A DNA stretch of 60,000 bases from positions 39,434,001 through 39,494,000 of the forward strand of contig CM052818.1 in assembly GCA_028534125.1 (NCBI GenBank), read 5' to 3'. The stretch's first letter is position 1; every line of letters begins with the position of its first letter. Positions 1 to 11,939 of this stretch are shown here, in pieces. Below the pieces are notes generated by a model. That model was not told the DNA's origin, made no database searches, and was given only the letters and a program-made list of their open reading frames with translations. This stretch comes from Lama glama (taxonomy: Eukaryota). The translations under genes and the position numbers were made by a program.

Positions 1-70
1 ACATCTCCGTGCAGTGTGTACTCTCCTGTCACAGCTCTGGGACTCTTGAGGAAGAGTATAGAAGTGTGCT

Positions 71-86
71 TGTGTGTGTGTGTGTA

Positions 87-157
<71 letters not shown>
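71..157. repeat. Compound (TG)n(GA)n microsatellite
   Basis: TG run 71-106 followed directly by a GA run to 157; explains the spurious ERERER/SLSLHT ORFs. Confidence 0.98.
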
Positions 158-159
<2 letters not shown>

Positions 160-199
160 AACTCACATTGCATTCCAACTGAGTGTTCCCCCACCTCAC

Positions 200-246
200 C
201 AGAACTGTGCAGTGCAAAACCTGCACAACTGAGCAGATCAGCTCTG
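200..246. mobile_element. Terminal fragment of a hAT-Tip100 (MER91-like) element
   Basis: tgtgcagtgcaaaacctgcacaactg resembles the MER91-type terminus recalled from consensus; the match is short. Confidence 0.4.
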
Positions 247-932
247 ACTTAGCCAAAAAATGGAATTTTGAAAGAATTTGAAGACTAGACTATTGAGCTT
301 AGCACTGGCTCAGCTCTGTGATGTGGAAGTGTTCATCATATACTTGATCTGAGCAAATGGAAAAGGAATTTGGGAGGCTCTTGCAAGTAATTCTCCAGCT
401 AGTGTGCAAATCTGTCTCTCCTCAACTGAGAAATTAAAACTCCAGTGAAAGTCGGAAAGGCTGTTAACCAGGGTTTGAAGAGAAGGCATTGAGAATATGA
501 GCTCTCCTCAGAAATGTAGTACAGGAGAGAGCCAGGAGCTGGTCCACACATGTCTGCTTTTGTGTATTTGTGGGTTGTTGAAGGTCTCTGGGAACGTACT
601 GTAATGCTACTTACAAAGTCCTACTGTGTATGATATGTAGATGTGCTCATAGGAACAAATTCACTTGGTCTCAAATTGTGTACAGAGAGCTCTCATTTTA
701 TATGCATTTATGTTATATGCTGACTTTGGAGATTGATCTGAAGATGCAACTTCGCTGTCGCCTTCGGACTTGACCACAACAAGCAGGTCTACTGATGTGC
801 ATCAAGGTTCTAGTTAGGAGCTTAGTTTAGAGACAGAATGGCAGAACCCTTTGGAGAAGCAGGTGCTCACTGTTGGTAACTTCCAATTACCTGAAGGAAT
901 GTGATGGTAGATTGCAGTGAGTAACACCTACC

Positions 933-1337
933 AATATTAAGTCTTCCACCCACAAACACAAGTCTCAACATTTATTTAGGTCTCCTTTAATTTTCTTCGA
1001 CATTTTCTAATTTTCTGTGTACAAGGCTTTTACCTCCTTTGTTGAATTTATTTATATGTATTTTGTTCTTTTGGATGATACTGTCAATGGAATTGTTTTC
1101 TTAATTGCCTTTCCGTATTGTTCAGTGCTGGTGTATTGAAATACAACTGATTTTGCATGTTGGTCTTCTACCCTGCAACTTTGCTGAATTTGCTTATTAG
1201 CTCTAATAGCTCTTTTTGGTGGAATCTTTGGGATTTTCTATAGAGAAGATTATGCAACTTGTGACCAAATATAGTTTTACTTCTTCCCAGTTTAGATGCT
1301 TTTAATTTGTTTTACATGCCTAGATAGTACTTCCAAT
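933..1337 (-). mobile_element. LINE-1 ORF2 fragment (old L1M), antisense
   Basis: aatattaagtcttcca...ctttgctgaatttgcttattagctctaatagc...agtacttcc is typical antisense L1 ORF2 sequence. Confidence 0.9.
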
Positions 1338-1339
1338 AA

Positions 1340-2562
1340 ATACAAAACCACAACATATCAAGCCTTCTGGGATACAGCGAAGGGGAATTTATAGCAGCAA
1401 ACACCTACATTAAAAAAGGAAAAAAGTCTCAGATGAATAATCTAACTTCAAGGAAATAGAAAAAGAAGAGCAAACGAATAATAGTGTCAAGGAGATTTCC
1501 CCTTATGTTTTCTTCTAGGAGTTTTACAGTTTCAAGTCTTAAGTTTAAGTCTTTAATCCATTTGGGGTTGTTTTTTTTTTTTTTTGGTATGGAGAATGGT
1601 AGGGATTTTCCTACTATTTTTAAGATTAGACCAGCTGTAGGTGAAATATAAAATAGAAAAACAATAGAATCAATGAAAGCAAAAATTGGCTCTTTAACAG
1701 TATCAACAAAATTAACAGACCTTTAGCTAGACTGATGAAAAAAATAGAGTAGTTGCAAATAAATAAAATCAGAAATGGAAATGAGGACATTACTACAAAC
1801 CTTAACAAAATGAAAGGATCATAAGAGAATATAATGAACAAGTTAGATAACCAAGATGAAATGAACAAATCTCTAGAGACACACGAATTACCAAAATTGA
1901 CTTAAGAAAATGGAAAATCTGAACAGACTGATAAGTAGAGATTTAATCTGCAATTAAAAAACATCCAACAAAGAAAATTCTAGGATGAAATGGCTTCAGG
2001 GGTGAATTCTACCAAACATTTAAAGTGGAATTAACATCAATCTTTCTCAGACTTTTCCAAAATTAGAAGAGGAGGGAACCTTTCTTAACTTATTCTGTGA
2101 GACCAGCATTACCTTATACCAATTCCATAGAAAGACATCACAAGAGAAGAAAATTACAGACTTGTGAATATAGATGCAAAAACCAAAACGAAATGCTAGT
2201 GAACTGAACACAACAGCATATCAAAAGGATTATACACCATGACCAAGTGGGATTTATTCCAGGAATGTAAGTGGTTCAACATAAGAAAATCAACCAGTGT
2301 GATACACCACATTAATAGAACGAAGGAAAAAAAAAAACACATAGTCATCTCAATTGATGCAGGAAAAGCATTTGATAAAATCTAACACCTCTAGTGATGA
2401 AAAACACTCAGAAAACTAAAAATAGAAGGGAAATTCTTCAACATGATAAAGCGCATTTATGAGAAACCCACTGCTAACATCATCGTCAACTGCGGAAGAT
2501 TGAAATCTTGCCCCTTCGATCAGTAACGGAAGGATGCCCACGTTCACCCTTCCTAGCCAACA
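1340..2562 (+). mobile_element. LINE-1 ORF2 fragment, sense (inverted 5' portion), interrupted at 1480-1624
   Basis: A-rich ORF2 sequence such as ggattatacaccatgaccaagtgggatttattccaggaatg and catctcaattgatgcaggaaaagcatttgataaaat (ISIDAxKAFDK, reverse transcriptase motif), with stops and frameshifts. Confidence 0.93.
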
Positions 2563-3197
2563 TCTCATATACTTGTTAGCTGTATGTATGTCTTCTTTGG
2601 AAAAATGTCTATTTAGATCCTTTGCCCATTTTAAAATTGGGTGGTGGTGGTGATTATTATTATTATTGCTATCAAGTTGTAAGAGTTCTTTATATATTTT
2701 GGATATTATTATCTTACCTGATAAGTAGCCTGCAGATATTTTTTTTTTCATTCCATAGGCTGACTTGACATTTTTTTGGTTATTTCCTTTGCTCTGCAAA
2801 TTTTTTTTTAGTTTGATGTAGTTCCACTTGTTTTTTGCTTTTGTTGCCTGTGCTTTTGGTGTCAGGGCCAAGGAATCATTGCCAAGAATAGTGTCAAGGA
2901 GATTTCTCCTTATGTTTTCTTCTAGAAGTTTTACAGTTTCAGGTCTTAAGTTTAAGTCTTTAATCCATTTGGGGTTGATTTTTTTTTTTTCGGTATGGAG
3001 TATGGTAGGGCTTTTCCTACCATTTTCAAGTTGCTTTTTTTTCTAGATTCAGTGTTTGCTTGATTGCTGTAAGGCTTTGGCTGTTTCCCAGAGTTCTGAC
3101 AAAGTTGGTTCTAACAGTTTCTGGTTGATTTTTCAATGTTTCTCTGAAGGGAAAGGCATTCGGAGCCTGCCACTCTGCCGTTTTGCTGATGTCACTG
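2563..3197 (-). mobile_element. LINE-1 fragments: ORF2 C-terminal piece (to ~3000) joined to an L1M 5'-end-like piece
   Basis: ORF 2416..2871(-) contains TPKAQATKAK..KWNYIKLK..KWAKDLNRHFSKEDI, a hallmark of L1 ORF2p; 3030-3197 ends in ccgttttgctgatgtcact, like old L1M 5' ends. Confidence 0.88.
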
Positions 3198-5859
3198 ACC
3201 ACTTTCTTTATGAAGCTGTTCTGAACCTAACCAGAGAAAATTTCAACCTTCCCTGGTCCCCTAGTGATCTCTCCTTGTATTGTCCTAAGTGTTCCCAATT
3301 TGCATCCTAAAAAGATGGCATTCTCATTATCTCGAGTAGAATGTCAATGACTTTAGAAATAAATCTCATTTTTTTCAGAGCCTTCCACTGAACCTTGTTC
3401 ATAGGAGACATCTGGAAATATTAGCCAGTTAAACTGACTCATCCTTATCCCTGGGCTTTGGTCTTCCCTGGATACTGGCAGTGCCTGGCTTTGCCCCCAT
3501 ATTGGCCTGAACACAGTTTCTTTGCAGGGACATGGGCTCTGGGAAGGGATCTTTGGTCTTGCATCATAGGAGGAGGCAGGGCAAAGGCTGCAGGGGAGCT
3601 TTTTGATGGTTCCTTGTCCCCTCTCCCTGTCCTGTTCTGTTTCTCCTGCCAGCGTCCCCCTTTCCAGAGAACCTTTGAGTCAGAAGACGGTTGGGTGTTG
3701 GGCTCTGGCTGGACCTGAAGCCCTCCTGTTCCATGGTGATTCCTGCAGCGCTATGCTGCCTTGGTGTCTGCGCCAGTCAGTTTGTTTAATGCACAAAAAG
3801 CATAATGACTTTAATTGGATTTTAGTGTAAATAATGAACACAATTACAGAGCAGGCCCTTTTGTCACCCTCATGGAATTTATGATTGTTTGAAAAGTCAA
3901 CACCCACTTTTAGCCACTCCTGTCCTTACTTCTTGGTCAATCCAGCATCCCCATTAATCAGTGGGGTTGGCTTTTGATGCCAAAGTGGAAAGTCTGAGCT
4001 GCTTTTCCAACTTGAAATGACAGCTCACCCTTCCTCACCTCCATGTCCACCTGGGGCTCCAGTCTCAGCCTGGATGCCCTGAGGGCCTGTGCTTTGAGGT
4101 CATATAGGACCAGTGATATTGGAGGTGGTAGCCTGTGTCATGGAAGAAATGATGGAGAGTTCTGGCCTCCCACCCAGAGTCCTGTTCCACCATCTACTGT
4201 ATCTCAAGTACTTTGCTGAGCACAGAGGCCCCACAGCCTAGGGGAGCTCATAGCCAGGCCAGGCCAGACCCACCCCAACAAAGCCAAGGAAGATGCAAGT
4301 CAGAAGCCAGCACTTGCGTAAGGTCTGACATGAGCCAGCTGTCTAGGGCCTTCCACGGGCCACAACAGGCTCCACACCACTGGGGCAGTGAGCGCCAGGT
4401 GGCCTTGTGGGATGGGCCACTTCAACTCCAGAGCACTAGGGGAGGGGCCGAAGTCGCCATTTGGGCTACCACGTCTTCCCCACACTCCAAGGGCCGAGAG
4501 GGCAGTTTCTGTGGTTTGCCTCCTAATGTAGCTCTCGTTCCCCTATTGTCAACATTTTGTTTGCTAACCTGCCATCTACGCCTTCAAGGCAGTCCCTTCT
4601 CCCCTGATCTCCCATCCTCTGGATCAGGTCCCACATGGCGTGGAGTTGCTGAGGCAGGGCACAGTGCCCTCTTTCTTTCACCAACTGCAGTGTGAATTTC
4701 TCTCTTCAGCTCTGTTGGAAGCTTCCTGAGGGCCGGGGCCCATATCTTCTCCTGGGCCTGCCTCTCAGGCACTGGGTAATGATGGCCAAGCCCCCCCTTC
4801 CCTACGCACAGCCTTCATTGTCCCCATGAGAGAGCCACCCACTTCCCTGAGCCCCTTCTGCTGGTGTCCAAAGCAACGAGAGCTGCCCAGGTCTCTTCCA
4901 GGAGGGCCAGGAGGGCCTCTTTCTGCCCGTGGACCTGAGGGCCTGGTCTCCAGCTCTCAATATGTACTTTTTTCTTGGGAGGAGAGGGTATGTTCTCACG
5001 CACTTCTTGCCCCTCTTCCCAGCTGTCACAGACTGGCCCCGTGCGTAGGGCTGGCTGGGCTCGGGCTCCCGGGCACGGCCCATCCTCACCAGAGCCGTGC
5101 TTTGGAGGCTGGCGTGTGCCCAAGTGTCGGGGGCTGGGGGCGCGGGGAGGGGCAGGCAGCACCCAGTGTGCATGGAGGATGGCAGAAGCCTAGGCCGACC
5201 TGGGCCCCGCTGTGGTGCAGCAGCCTGGCGGTCATCACCATCTCCCTGATATTTATTGTCATAACATTAATCATGCTGAACTCACTTGGCATTAATGAGG
5301 ACGTAATGTGTACTTGGATGGGAATTTTTATTGTAGTGCAGTATTAACTAACTGGCCTATTATTTAAAGTGTTACCAGACCTGGTATGTACAAATGGTTT
5401 ACTTTGCAGTCTCCAAGTGTTGAAACTTTGTATGGTTTGTGTCAAGAAAATATGAATATGGAACACAAAAGAGGCAGGGCTGAGGTGATGCGGGACCTTC
5501 CCCCCTGGCTGGCAGGGCGACAATGCACACTTGAGCGGAGGGCCCCCACCGAACAGCCTGGGCAGCCTACCTCTGTCCGGGCCTGTGCTAGTCTCATTCT
5601 TGTGTCTGAGCCAGATGCTGAATCTGAAAAACTTAGGGTGGTTTTTAGGGGCTTTCTGAGTCACCATCTTGGGGACAAAAAGACACAGAATCGCAGGATT
5701 TAGAAGTGGCGAAAAAGCCACAGCCCATGCTGAAGATCCTGTCTCTGGGCTCTTTTCCCCATTGTGGGTCGAGGGCAGCCGTGGTCCTTGTCCCCCTGCA
5801 ACTGTCCATCTGCAGGATCCACCCTTCCCTACCACCAGCCCCTCATGGCCCTGCCCACC

Positions 5860-6330
5860 GTCACCAAGTGTTCTCCCCTGAGGTGTTCCAAGCTTCCTGG
5901 CCTTGGCACATGCTGTTTGCTTGTTTTATTAATGTCTCTCCATCTTTTGAGACTCAACTCATCCTTCCTGAAGTCTCCAAGTTTCCCCCATTCCAAAGGT
6001 GTATGTAGTTCCCTTTCTCTGTGAATCCCTGTCATGGTCTGTGCAAGCTGGCTCATAGGGAAAATCACTGAGATGAGTGTGACATATTCCTTGTTAGTCT
6101 AGTGTGGAAGGCAAGCCACACACACACACATACACCCATCAATTAGCCAACAGGGTTTGAGAGCATGTAACCACCTTAGAGATCCAGCCGTGCAGTGCTG
6201 ACAGCTGGACAGAAGTAAACGGACTATTAGGGCAATAGTTATTCAGAAGAGGGAGAGATTAGTCTGTGCTGGGCCTTGAGGAAGAGATGGGAGCTAGACA
6301 TAGCTATGGGGATGTGGGTGAGGGGAGCAC
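5860..6330. mobile_element. Degraded L2 fragments
   Basis: ggccttggcacatgctgtt.. and tagtctagtgtggaaggca..gggccttgaggaagag resemble L2 3' region segments. Confidence 0.5.
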
Positions 6331-6439
6331 CAGGATTGGGAAGGGGCCTAATGAGACCCCTATGCTGTCCCTGCGTGTCTACTTCAGAGTTTACAGAGAG
6401 CTTCCACTTCGTCTACTCTGATTGCCGAAGCAACATTAC

Positions 6440-6592
6440 TAAGCATGCAGGGACTACGCCCGTGTCCCCATTTAACAAATGAAAACGCAGCACATCGCAA
6501 AAAACGGACGCTCAGGTCGGTTAGCTGATTGGCCAGGGCCGCTGGCTGGTAAGCGGTGGAGCTGCGATTTGAACCAGAAGCGAGACTTTCCG
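6440..6592 (-). mobile_element. MIR SINE (unusually CpG-rich)
   Basis: ccccatttaacaaatgaaaac..ctcag..ggttagctgattggccagggcc..gctggtaagcggtggagctgcgatttgaacc follows the antisense MIR core. Confidence 0.7.
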
Positions 6593-6932
6593 CTATTCAG
6601 AGATTGCTGGTGGCTGTGCTGACTTAAAATTGATTTTCGAAAGCAGGTGCTTGTGTTTGCAACTCTTTGCTCCACAGTGACTCAGGTTGGTGTGCCCGTA
6701 GCTGCTGACGGCAAACCCCGGGAGGGGCTGGGGACCCTGCTCTCATTGATGTGCAGTGAATCAGCAGAGTCCTTTAGAAGGACACGAAGTCCAGTTAAGA
6801 TATCCTTTGCACAGTGGTATACACAGCAGCCATTCAGCCACTCGTCAGCAACTACAGGGCAGGGAAAAGTCAGGAGTAGACGACCAGTCACTGATTGCAT
6901 ATAACGTGTGTGGTACAAGAGAGAATGGGGCT

Positions 6933-7080
6933 GGGGAGGGTGTAGCTCAGTGGTGGAGTGTGTGCTTAGCATGCAGGAGGTCCTGAGTTCAATCCCCAGT
7001 GCCTCCATTAAAAAACAAACAAATAAATAAATAAACCTAATTACCCACCTTCCGAAAAGCCCCAAAATACCATTAAAAAA
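6933..7080 (+). mobile_element. Camelid tRNA-derived SINE (Vic-1-like)
   Basis: ggggagggtgtagctcagtggtggagtg..aggtcctgagttcaatccccag head with Pol III A and B boxes, then (AAAT)n-aacctaattacc and an A-rich tail; imperfect TSD aagagagaatgggg (6917-6930) / aagaaagattgagg (7080-7093). Confidence 0.9.
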
Positions 7081-7336
7081 AGAAAGATTGAGGATTTTAA
7101 AGAAGAACTCACATGTAATAATGTTCCCTAATTTGCTGCATTCTCCAGTTCACACTAGTCCGCAGACTAACCATATATGAACAACTAAGGCTATTAGAAT
7201 CAATAAACAAGAGACGGAAGAACATGTGCTGAGGAGAGAAGGGAAGGAAGTGCACGTATAGACTTACAGTGAAACACACCTTGGACTCAACCACACCCAC
7301 TGGCAATCTGTACCTACTCCATGGTGTTGATCTATT

Positions 7337-7343
7337 CATGCAT

Positions 7344-7383
<40 letters not shown>

Positions 7384-7390
7384 ATGTGCA
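7337..7390. repeat. (TG)n microsatellite within a long alternating purine-pyrimidine tract
   Basis: catgcatgcacg(tg)n catgtgca seen directly. Confidence 0.95.
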
Positions 7391-7879
7391 ACGTGCCCGC
7401 AGCTCTGCTTTGGATTACCAGTTGTGCTTCCACATTCTAACGTTCTAACAGTCTGGGTCCTTGGCATTTTTCCTTTTGATTTTGACTCACTTGAGATCTA
7501 GTGTTCTTTTCATGACTCCCTGCTGCCCCTTATGAGCAAAGGCACGGACTGTTGTTCAAACCCCTGATACCAACCGTAAGGCATTCCCAGGAGCCAGCTA
7601 AGTCCACTGTGCATGGAGGAGTTGGGTGCAGTGGGATGTGGCAGACTGTCCTTGAGAAGATGGCTCTTGGGTTGGCAGGAGATTCGTGCCAGGAAGGTCC
7701 GTCCCAGTGGCAAAAGGACTGTTGGCAGTGGTCTGTCCAGACCTCACAGAGACGTTTCCAGGAGCTAGACGGAAGGTCAAAGCTTCATCAGAACTGGGTG
7801 TCAGACAGACCAGGGCTCCAGTCCTTGTGAAGTCTTCTCAGGAAACCAGGGTTAAGATCTAGGCATGTTAGTTAGCATG

Positions 7880-8253
7880 TGAGTGCTTAGAACAAACACA
7901 TCCACATCCCCCAATCTCCGTGGCTTAATTTAATGGAAGATTTATTTCTCATCACATGAGTCCAGCATGATGTTCCTGGTGTCACTCCAGGTGGCGTCAC
8001 ACATGTTCAGCTCGGGACTTTAGCTCCCCCATCCTGTGGTTTTGTCTTCCCCAAGGACTGTAGATGGCTCCACTGGATTTTCCGTATCTGGCGGACAGAT
8101 GGGGGAAAGAGGAGGATTACGCATGGAAGGTTTTAATAGGGCGGGCCACGTTCCACAGGCCAGAACTCAAACGTGGCCACACCTAACTGCGGGGAGTAGG
8201 GTCTATGCCCCCAGAGGAAAAGGAACCAGGTTTTAGTAGATTAGTCTCTGCCA
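7880..8253 (-). mobile_element. Old MaLR LTR (MLT1J/K/L-like)
   Basis: cccaatctccgtggcttaa..atttatttctcatcacat..ggccagaactc..tggccacacctaactgc..gtctctgccac. Confidence 0.7.
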
Positions 8254-9259
8254 CGCCCGACATGGACTGTAAAGTCATAACTACCATGTCGTGAGGCCCT
8301 GCTGTGTGCCTGGCTCTAAGCTATTCTTTGTACATACGTGATTTGTATCCTGGTGGATATTTGACCAGACCCACTGGATACTGGGCATAGGACAGAATGA
8401 CTTCCCCTTCTGATGGGGTAGAGGGCCTCACACACGCCCAGTCTGGTTTTCATCAGTTCAGGACCTGGCATGGTCAACCTGAAGTGGCTGGATCTTAGGA
8501 CGGGTGCCTGTGGACCGATATGACCTAAATGGGGGAGTTGGGGGGTCAGTGGGCCTGGCATTGCTGGGCCAGCTTTTTACCAAGGCCTGCCCTCTGGGTT
8601 TACTGGCCCAGTTGGGATGGGGTGGGTTTGGGATTTCACTGTAAAGAGCCATTGGCTGGACTCCGGGCCCCCAGGTTATCACTGCATAACAGCCTCTGAA
8701 GTCCTTTAGTTGCCTCCTTTTCCTCCCTTCTTCCCTGTTCCTTTTTTCTCACTGTTTCTCCTGACCTTCTTTTATTTTCCTCCTAATTAACATTGTGGAC
8801 AAGGTCCGCTGGTAAGTTAGAAGAGTTTATCCAAGCTGACACTCTGTTTATAATTTATAATTTACATTTCAGCTTTCGCAAGGTCTTTCCACTTCTTGAC
8901 TGTGGCCAGTGTGTTCTCTCTGTGTGCTTGGCTTCAGATTGTAGAATGAGGGAAGCAAAGGTCAGGCCTCCAATTGCCAGGATGCTGATGAAACCGGGGT
9001 CTTAATGTGACAGATGTGTGGACACCATGTGAGGATGTTTACTCTTCGCTACAAGTAGCAACATCTTTATGATGTTCATGGAAATTCCCTGGCCCAGGGG
9101 TTTGAGGCATGTGGATTAGGGAGCTGGGTGATTTTCCCCAGCCAACAAGCACAGCCCCCTGATAATGAACAGCCCTTTCCTCTATCCTTAATCTTGCCTT
9201 TGTTTAAGATGCTTCCAAATTATAATGGGGCTGGGCGCCGGAGTGCACACACAGCATTC

Positions 9260-9600
9260 TCTTCTAAGCTTTGTGCAGCCTTGAGTAAGTCAGTGTTCCC
9301 CTCTGACCTCAGGTTAATCAACTGTGTGTTAAGCAGACTGGGAAAGGTGTTATTTAAAATTCCTTTCAGCTCTGAAATCCATGATCTTAATTTTTGTTAT
9401 TTTTCGTAATCTCTGTAGCTCTCCTCTCACACTGGGAGGCAGTGTAGGGGAGTGGAAAGAGATGTTCTCTGGGCCTCAGTTATCTCATCTTTAAAATGGG
9501 GATATGGTCCATGACTTTGTAGGGATTTGTGAGGATCAAATATACATGAAGAGTATACATGAAGAGTGTAACATGGTCCCTGGCTCATGGGTGCCAGCAA
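9260..9600 (+). mobile_element. Two MIR fragments (~9260-9390 and ~9440-9600)
   Basis: tgtgcagccttgagtaagtcagtgttcccctctgacctcag and gggcctcagttatctcatctttaaaatggggat..gtgaggatcaaat; a 13-bp tandem duplication (tatacatgaagag x2) lies at 9541-9566. Confidence 0.75.
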
Positions 9601-11260
9601 AGGCTATGTCTTCTGTGCCTTTCACCCCAGAATTAAGTATGGTCTGTGCTCTCTGGGAAAGCCCAGCCAATCCTCTGCACAGACAGATGTAGGAGATGGT
9701 TGGTCAGGTATGTGGGGCAGCGGTCCAAACTCTGAGACCTGGAGCCACGTTAAACCAAGGCCCTGAGAGGAGAGACGTTATCTCTGGAACCAGCACCTGG
9801 CTTTGCCCTTTGGTGCACAGGAGAAAACCCAAGTTGGCCACAGAGAGGTCAGGGTCTCCTTGTAGAAATAAATGCAAATGTGTTTGTCGTTAGGCCTGCC
9901 ACGCCAATAATCCATATCTTCTTCTCTTTCCTTGGTTGTGCTTTTCTCTGGTGGCCAGAAGCCAGATAAAACACACCGTCTCATCAGCTTCAGCAGCCGA
10001 TGGTGCCTCCCCGAGCTGGAGTAGGGGGCTGCGGGAAGGGCTCCCCCTGCAACTGCAGACTCTGAGTCTCCTCCCCAGGGCCCTAGCAGCTGAGGGGCTT
10101 GGGAAGTAGAGTCGGGGCTTCTGGCTGATCCAGGAGGCCTGGCCAGCGGTGCCCTGCAGTTATGCCTTCACCCAACACATCACGGCCTAGGGACACCCCA
10201 GAGTGCCAGTGGCCAGACCCGGGCAGGGGGGAGCAAACAGGCTCAGCTCCAGCTGTGTGACTGTGTTTCCCCCGACTCTCCCGCCCAGGTGATCTTACCT
10301 GCTCCATCGCCTTCTTGCAAGACCACCTGGCATTACTCATTTCCTTATGTACAAGTACCTGGTTTACTGAAGAGCCTCCACTCATTCAGCTTTCCGCCTG
10401 TAATGGTTTTTATTTTATTTTTTCCAGTGATGACTTTCAGTGAAACCATCTGGAATCTCCTTTTCCCACAAGGTTGTGGCTCCTCAACAATATCTAGTCC
10501 AGATGCCATAACTTTTCAGTTACACTTGGTTCTTAGAAGAGTCTTACTTTGTGATTTAAGATTTATTCCTAATAATTAATAAAAAAAGGGAACCCTCCAG
10601 TCTCGAATTTGATTCCTGGCTCTTCCCCTTCTGCCCAACAGTGTCTAGTCCCACTATCTGGCTTCAGTGACTTTGAAAGAGAGAGAGAGAGTGTGTGTGC
10701 ACAGATGGCATTTAGTCCCTTGGATGTCTTGGGAGGGGACGAAGAGACCCTACTGAGGGCAACATTTCCCTTACCTGGGTGAGGTGTGGTCTTCTAGGTT
10801 GGCTGTAACCACCCTTCCAGCTCATGAGCTGTGAGTTCCATGAAGAAAGGTGGCAGCTCCAGTGAGCCCTGCTGACAAGGGCTCATTCCTATGAGACCCT
10901 GCTAGGCACCGGAGGTCCCTCCAAGATTTGGCCAGCCCTTCTGGTCCATCCCCAGTGGTAAGATTCAGCTACACCCATTGATTGTGTGTTTCTCTGCCTC
11001 CTACATTGAGTGTTTCTCAAACTCATCTACTTCCTGCAGCCAACCCCAGGGCAGCAGGCATCTTCTGTACTTCTCGGAACCTGGGAAGTCAGGCAGTCAC
11101 TTCTGCCCCTCCCCCCTTTCTTCCTGGCATCTTCCCACCGTACAAATTCTCTCCAGTTTTCTTTCTCCTTGCTTAGGTAGCAAAGGGGTAGGTCAATAAA
11201 TGCCAAAGTAACGTTAGACAAGTGAATGAGATGCAAGTCTCCTATTCTTGCAAATACTTC

Positions 11261-11633
11261 TGTATTGGGTTCCCAGGGTCACCCTAACAAAGCATCGCAA
11301 ACCAGTTATCTTAGAACATCGGAATGTATTGTCTCTGTTCTGGGCCTCTCTCCTACCTTCTGGTGGTTCCTTGGCTTGTGACAGTGTAACTCCAGCCTCC
11401 ACATGGCACTCTCCCTGTGTGTGTGTATGTGCCTCTCTTCACATGGTGTTCCTTATATAAGGATACCAGTCACATCCCACCAGGGACCACCTAACTCCAG
11501 TATGACCTCATTGTAACTAACTGTATCTGCCATGACCCTATTTCCAAATAAGGTCACATTTTGAGGTACTGGGCATTAGTACTTCAACATACGTTTTTTT
11601 GAGCAGGGGAGGCACACAATTCAATCCATAAAA
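11261..11633 (-). mobile_element. MaLR solo LTR (MLT1B/C-like)
   Basis: Starts tgtattgggttcccaggg; contains aaggataccagtcac, ccctatttccaaataaggtcacattttgaggtactggg and cacaattcaatccata. Confidence 0.88.
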
Positions 11634-11939
11634 AAATCTAATCTTTACAAGTGATTCTTGGAGTCTTCCTCTTCTCTTGCTTTGGCAGGAAGGCATGGCA
11701 TTGCTCCCTGAACATGGCCCCCTAAATATGCAGACCACCCCTCTCCGTCTCTCCAGTTCTCTTTTGTGTTGACTGAGGCTGGTGGTTTGTGGTGGTAGAG
11801 TTGATTCTGGTACCTTGGAGCAGTGAGGAGAGATGGTACCTCTCCGAATTAAGCATATGGGATGCTCTGCATCTTTTGTCCATCACTTTGGCCCTTAGCC
11901 ACTATTCTGAGCCAACAGGTAAAGTCCCACACTCCACAC

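Noticed and set aside
16..256. ER/SL/HT repeat proteins
   Set aside because: Translations of a (TG)n(GA)n microsatellite.
2416..2871. Functional L1 ORF2
   Set aside because: Short, decayed and chimeric across an inversion junction.
6933..7005. tRNA gene
   Set aside because: The tRNA-like head runs into a SINE body with an A-rich tail and TSD; it is a retroposed SINE, not a functional tRNA.
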